Shown one piece after another: positions 34,401-36,888 of a stretch of DNA of 36,888 nt. Origin of the DNA: Octopus sinensis (lineage: Eukaryota); NCBI RefSeq assembly GCF_006345805.1, contig NW_021836841.1, positions 1-36,888 of the forward strand, in the 5' to 3' direction. Below the pieces are notes generated by a model. The model ran no database searches. It was not told the DNA's origin and saw only the letters and a program-made list of their open reading frames with translations. Numbering within the stretch: position 1 is the first letter of the stretch; every line of letters starts with the position of its first letter. The position numbers and the translations under genes are program-made.

Positions 34401-35440
34401 TTACTAGTGTGCTAATCCGGTCTCTGAAAAACCTGGTCTCGGGAAAGACGACGCGTTTAGTTTCCAGTATCCGGGACCCTGCCTAAGTGTCTTACCTAAG
34501 TCTAGCGTACATGTCACAAGTTTGTGATCCGTGTAGCTGACTATGTGGAATTGTGGACATCCTATGCTATCTCTATCTACTGTCACACAGTATCCTATCT
34601 AGATACGATCTCGACGACCCGATGCGGTTGCTCCATGTCCACGTTGGCGCATTCGGGTGGTCTAGTCGGAACCTGTCAGACAGTTGAAAGCGTCTGAGCA
34701 GGTCTCTGAGGCATTTGCATCACCGTCTATTCCTAGCTCTACCCACGTAGTCTAATGCGTGTCGGTTGTCCAAGGTAGCATTCCAATCCCCCACTAAGAG
34801 TAAAGGACGAGACGTTCCCAAAATACTTCTAGACGTTGAAAGAAATCCGCCCGACCTGTTAAGAGCGCGGTGCGGTAAACTGATACGAGTCGAGAAAAGC
34901 GCACCCATTGCTGCCGTCGACATCCAGGACGACCAGTCTACCCTCCGGGTCTACGAATATTGTCCTTACTTTGAGATCCAGACTCTTGTGAAAAAGTACC
35001 GCGTGCCACTACCGCCCATTCTCGGTGACAGGGAGAAGAAAAATAAATGTTGAACTGTCCGCCAAACATGGTCTTTAGGGCCCGCGGATGTGGAGTCTGG
35101 TCTCACTTATGGCTATGATTTCTAACTTATGTGACTTTATGTCATTTAAGAGGTACCCTTGTTCCAAGGGGACCCCAAGCCACGCGCATTTACACACCAA
35201 TCTTGATCATAGTTTAATGAATTAGAATACAGAGGGTTACTTACTGCTCGAAAGTTTTTGCTTTCTCCTCCGTTGGTTTGTCCTCGAGAAGATCCCAGTA
35301 CAGTTTTCTTTGTGAGATATTTTTGGCAGGTACCAACCGCACTGGGGAAAATGCCTTTGAGTGTGTGGTGCAGACTTTTGAGATGTGTGTAATATTTTGA
35401 TGTGGTCTGGTGGTGTTTGTGTATGGGTGATTTTGTTTTT

Positions 35441-35441
<1 letters not shown>
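31409..35441 (-). mobile_element. Tx1/L1-type LINE, ~4.0 kb, truncated near the end of the presumed ORF1, flanked by (GATA)n
   Basis: Complete but disrupted ORF2. 3' end AATAAAGAAAC runs into TATC-type repeats; the 5' end abuts (GATA)n at 35442. Confidence 0.9.
31777..35210 (-). pseudogene. ORF2: APE endonuclease - RT - CCHC knuckle, with multiple frameshifts and stops
   Basis: Starts MIKIG(C)VNARGLG..IIAISETRL. GPGYWKLNAS; NFRPITLLNADLKILAKVLAKRL; QGCPLS; VSAYADDVTV (YADD at 33150-33161); CPRCGQSDETVLHALVQCP. Confidence 0.9.
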
Positions 35442-35500
<59 letters not shown>

Positions 35501-35574
35501 GATAGATACGGTGGTCAATAGAGATAGAAAGGTAAATATGAGGTTAGACAGGTCGGCTGGTAGTTTGATAGATC

Positions 35575-36250
35575 GGTAGGTATGTGTGTATGTAGGTATG
35601 TATGTAGGTAGGTAGGTAGGTAGGTAGGTAGGTAGGTCGGTAGGTACTAAGGTATGTATGTATGTAGGTAGGTAAGTAGGTAGGTGTGTATGTAAGTATG
35701 TAAGTATGTATGTATGTACGTATGTATGTATGTATGTAGGTAGGTAGGTAGGTAGGTAGGTAGGTAGGTAGGTAGGTACTAAAGTATGTACTAAGGTATG
35801 TATGTAGGTAGGTAGGTAGGTAGGTAGGTAGGTAGGTAAGTAGGTAGGTAGGTAGGTAGGTAGGTACTAAGGTATGTAGGTAGGTAGGTAGGTAGGTAGG
35901 TAAGTAGGTAGGTAGGTAAGTAGGTAGGTAGGTAGGTAGGTACTAAGGTATGTACTAAGGTATGTATGTAGGTAGGTAGGTAGGTAGGTAGGTAGGTAAG
36001 TAGGTAGGTAGTAGTAGGTAGGTAGGTCCTCAGGGTATGTAGGTAGGTAGGGCGGTAGGTAGGTAAGTAGGAGGTAGGTAAGTAGTAGGTAGGTAGGTGG
36101 TAGGTAGGCAGGTAGGTAGGTAGGTGGATAGGTAGGTAAGTAGGTAGGTAGGTAGGTAGGTAGGTAGGTAGTGGTAGGGAGGTAGGATAGGTAGGTAGTA
36201 GGTCGGGTAGGTAGGTAGGTAGGTAGGTAGGTAGGTAGGTAGGTAGGTAG
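35575..36250. repeat. (GGTA)n/(TATG)n tetranucleotide array
   Basis: Directly visible; source of the TYLP-repeat ORFs. Confidence 0.95.
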
Positions 36251-36835
36251 GCAGGCAGGCAGGCTGGCAACTGAAAACGAAAAAGTAGAAACATCAGAAA
36301 GCAAGCATGAACGGTTGATGTAGCGTTCAAATGAAAGCGGGCAGATAATGTACGGTAGCCTATGGGGTTGGTTAGAATGGGCGATGGTTGGAAATAATAT
36401 GAAGGCAATGCAAAGATTTCCGTCGGCTATATCAACAGTTAACTACATGTCGACCATATTATTAATTGTTAGCTAAAAGTCCACTCTCCTAAAAACAACG
36501 ATCCGTACTCTCTTTCTGACTTCCTGTCTGATTAAACATAGTTAAATCTGTCCGTCTGTAACTCTTCAAATTGTAGCCATGTTTCTTTCTCGTGTATGTG
36601 ACTATCTGTGTGTCTGTGTTGTGTGTGGGTTTGTGGTGCGTGTGTTTGTGTACATGTTTCCCCTTTGGTGTGCTTATGAGACTGTGAAAACATGTCGTCT
36701 ACACGTGTGTGTGTGTGTGTGTGTTTAATTTATGTGTCGTACGCCTGTGCGTTTGTGTGGCCATGTGTATGTGTCCTGAGTTTGTGCACATAGATCTATG
36801 CATTTGTGTGTGTGTGCATGCGTGCGTGGGTTGTG

Positions 36836-36888
<53 letters not shown>

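Noticed and set aside
35575-36250. (GGTA)n as a telomeric or G-quadruplex functional array
   Set aside because: It is not the TTAGGG-type motif, has only GG runs, and is interleaved with other tetranucleotide repeats, so it behaves as an ordinary microsatellite.

Overview
AT-rich, microsatellite-saturated eukaryotic DNA with no recognisable host gene. It is most likely octopus or another coleoid cephalopod, inferred from the SINE families and the repeat density. Almost all non-microsatellite sequence is transposable-element derived. Retroelements: a young-looking Penelope-like element (PLE) with an open RT + GIY-YIG frame (18471-20426); a second PLE 3' end missed by the ORF track (27099-27359, minus); four R4/Dong-type LINE pieces at (TAA)n; two copies of a Tx1/L1-type LINE, both in (GATA)n; RTE and CR1-like 3' ends; three tRNA-type SINE families. 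DNA elements: a full-length decayed DD37D (maT) mariner, a TA-flanked MITE nested in a LINE RT, and three non-autonomous Helitron-like elements. The most striking signal is RNA structure that the ORF track cannot show. By eye I find ten type I hammerhead-ribozyme (HHR) motifs in several unrelated sequence contexts, nine of them between 20.7 and 29.3 kb, mostly in short (TA)n-flanked elements. One such element is a 430-nt unit with a 20-nt terminal direct repeat (circular-RNA/retrozyme signature), and another is a tandem dimer that would release a 261-nt monomer. Five foldback (long inverted repeat) elements also occur; four have arms homologous to the HHR elements. All alignments and folds were done by eye, no searches were run, and element boundaries are approximate to a few bases.
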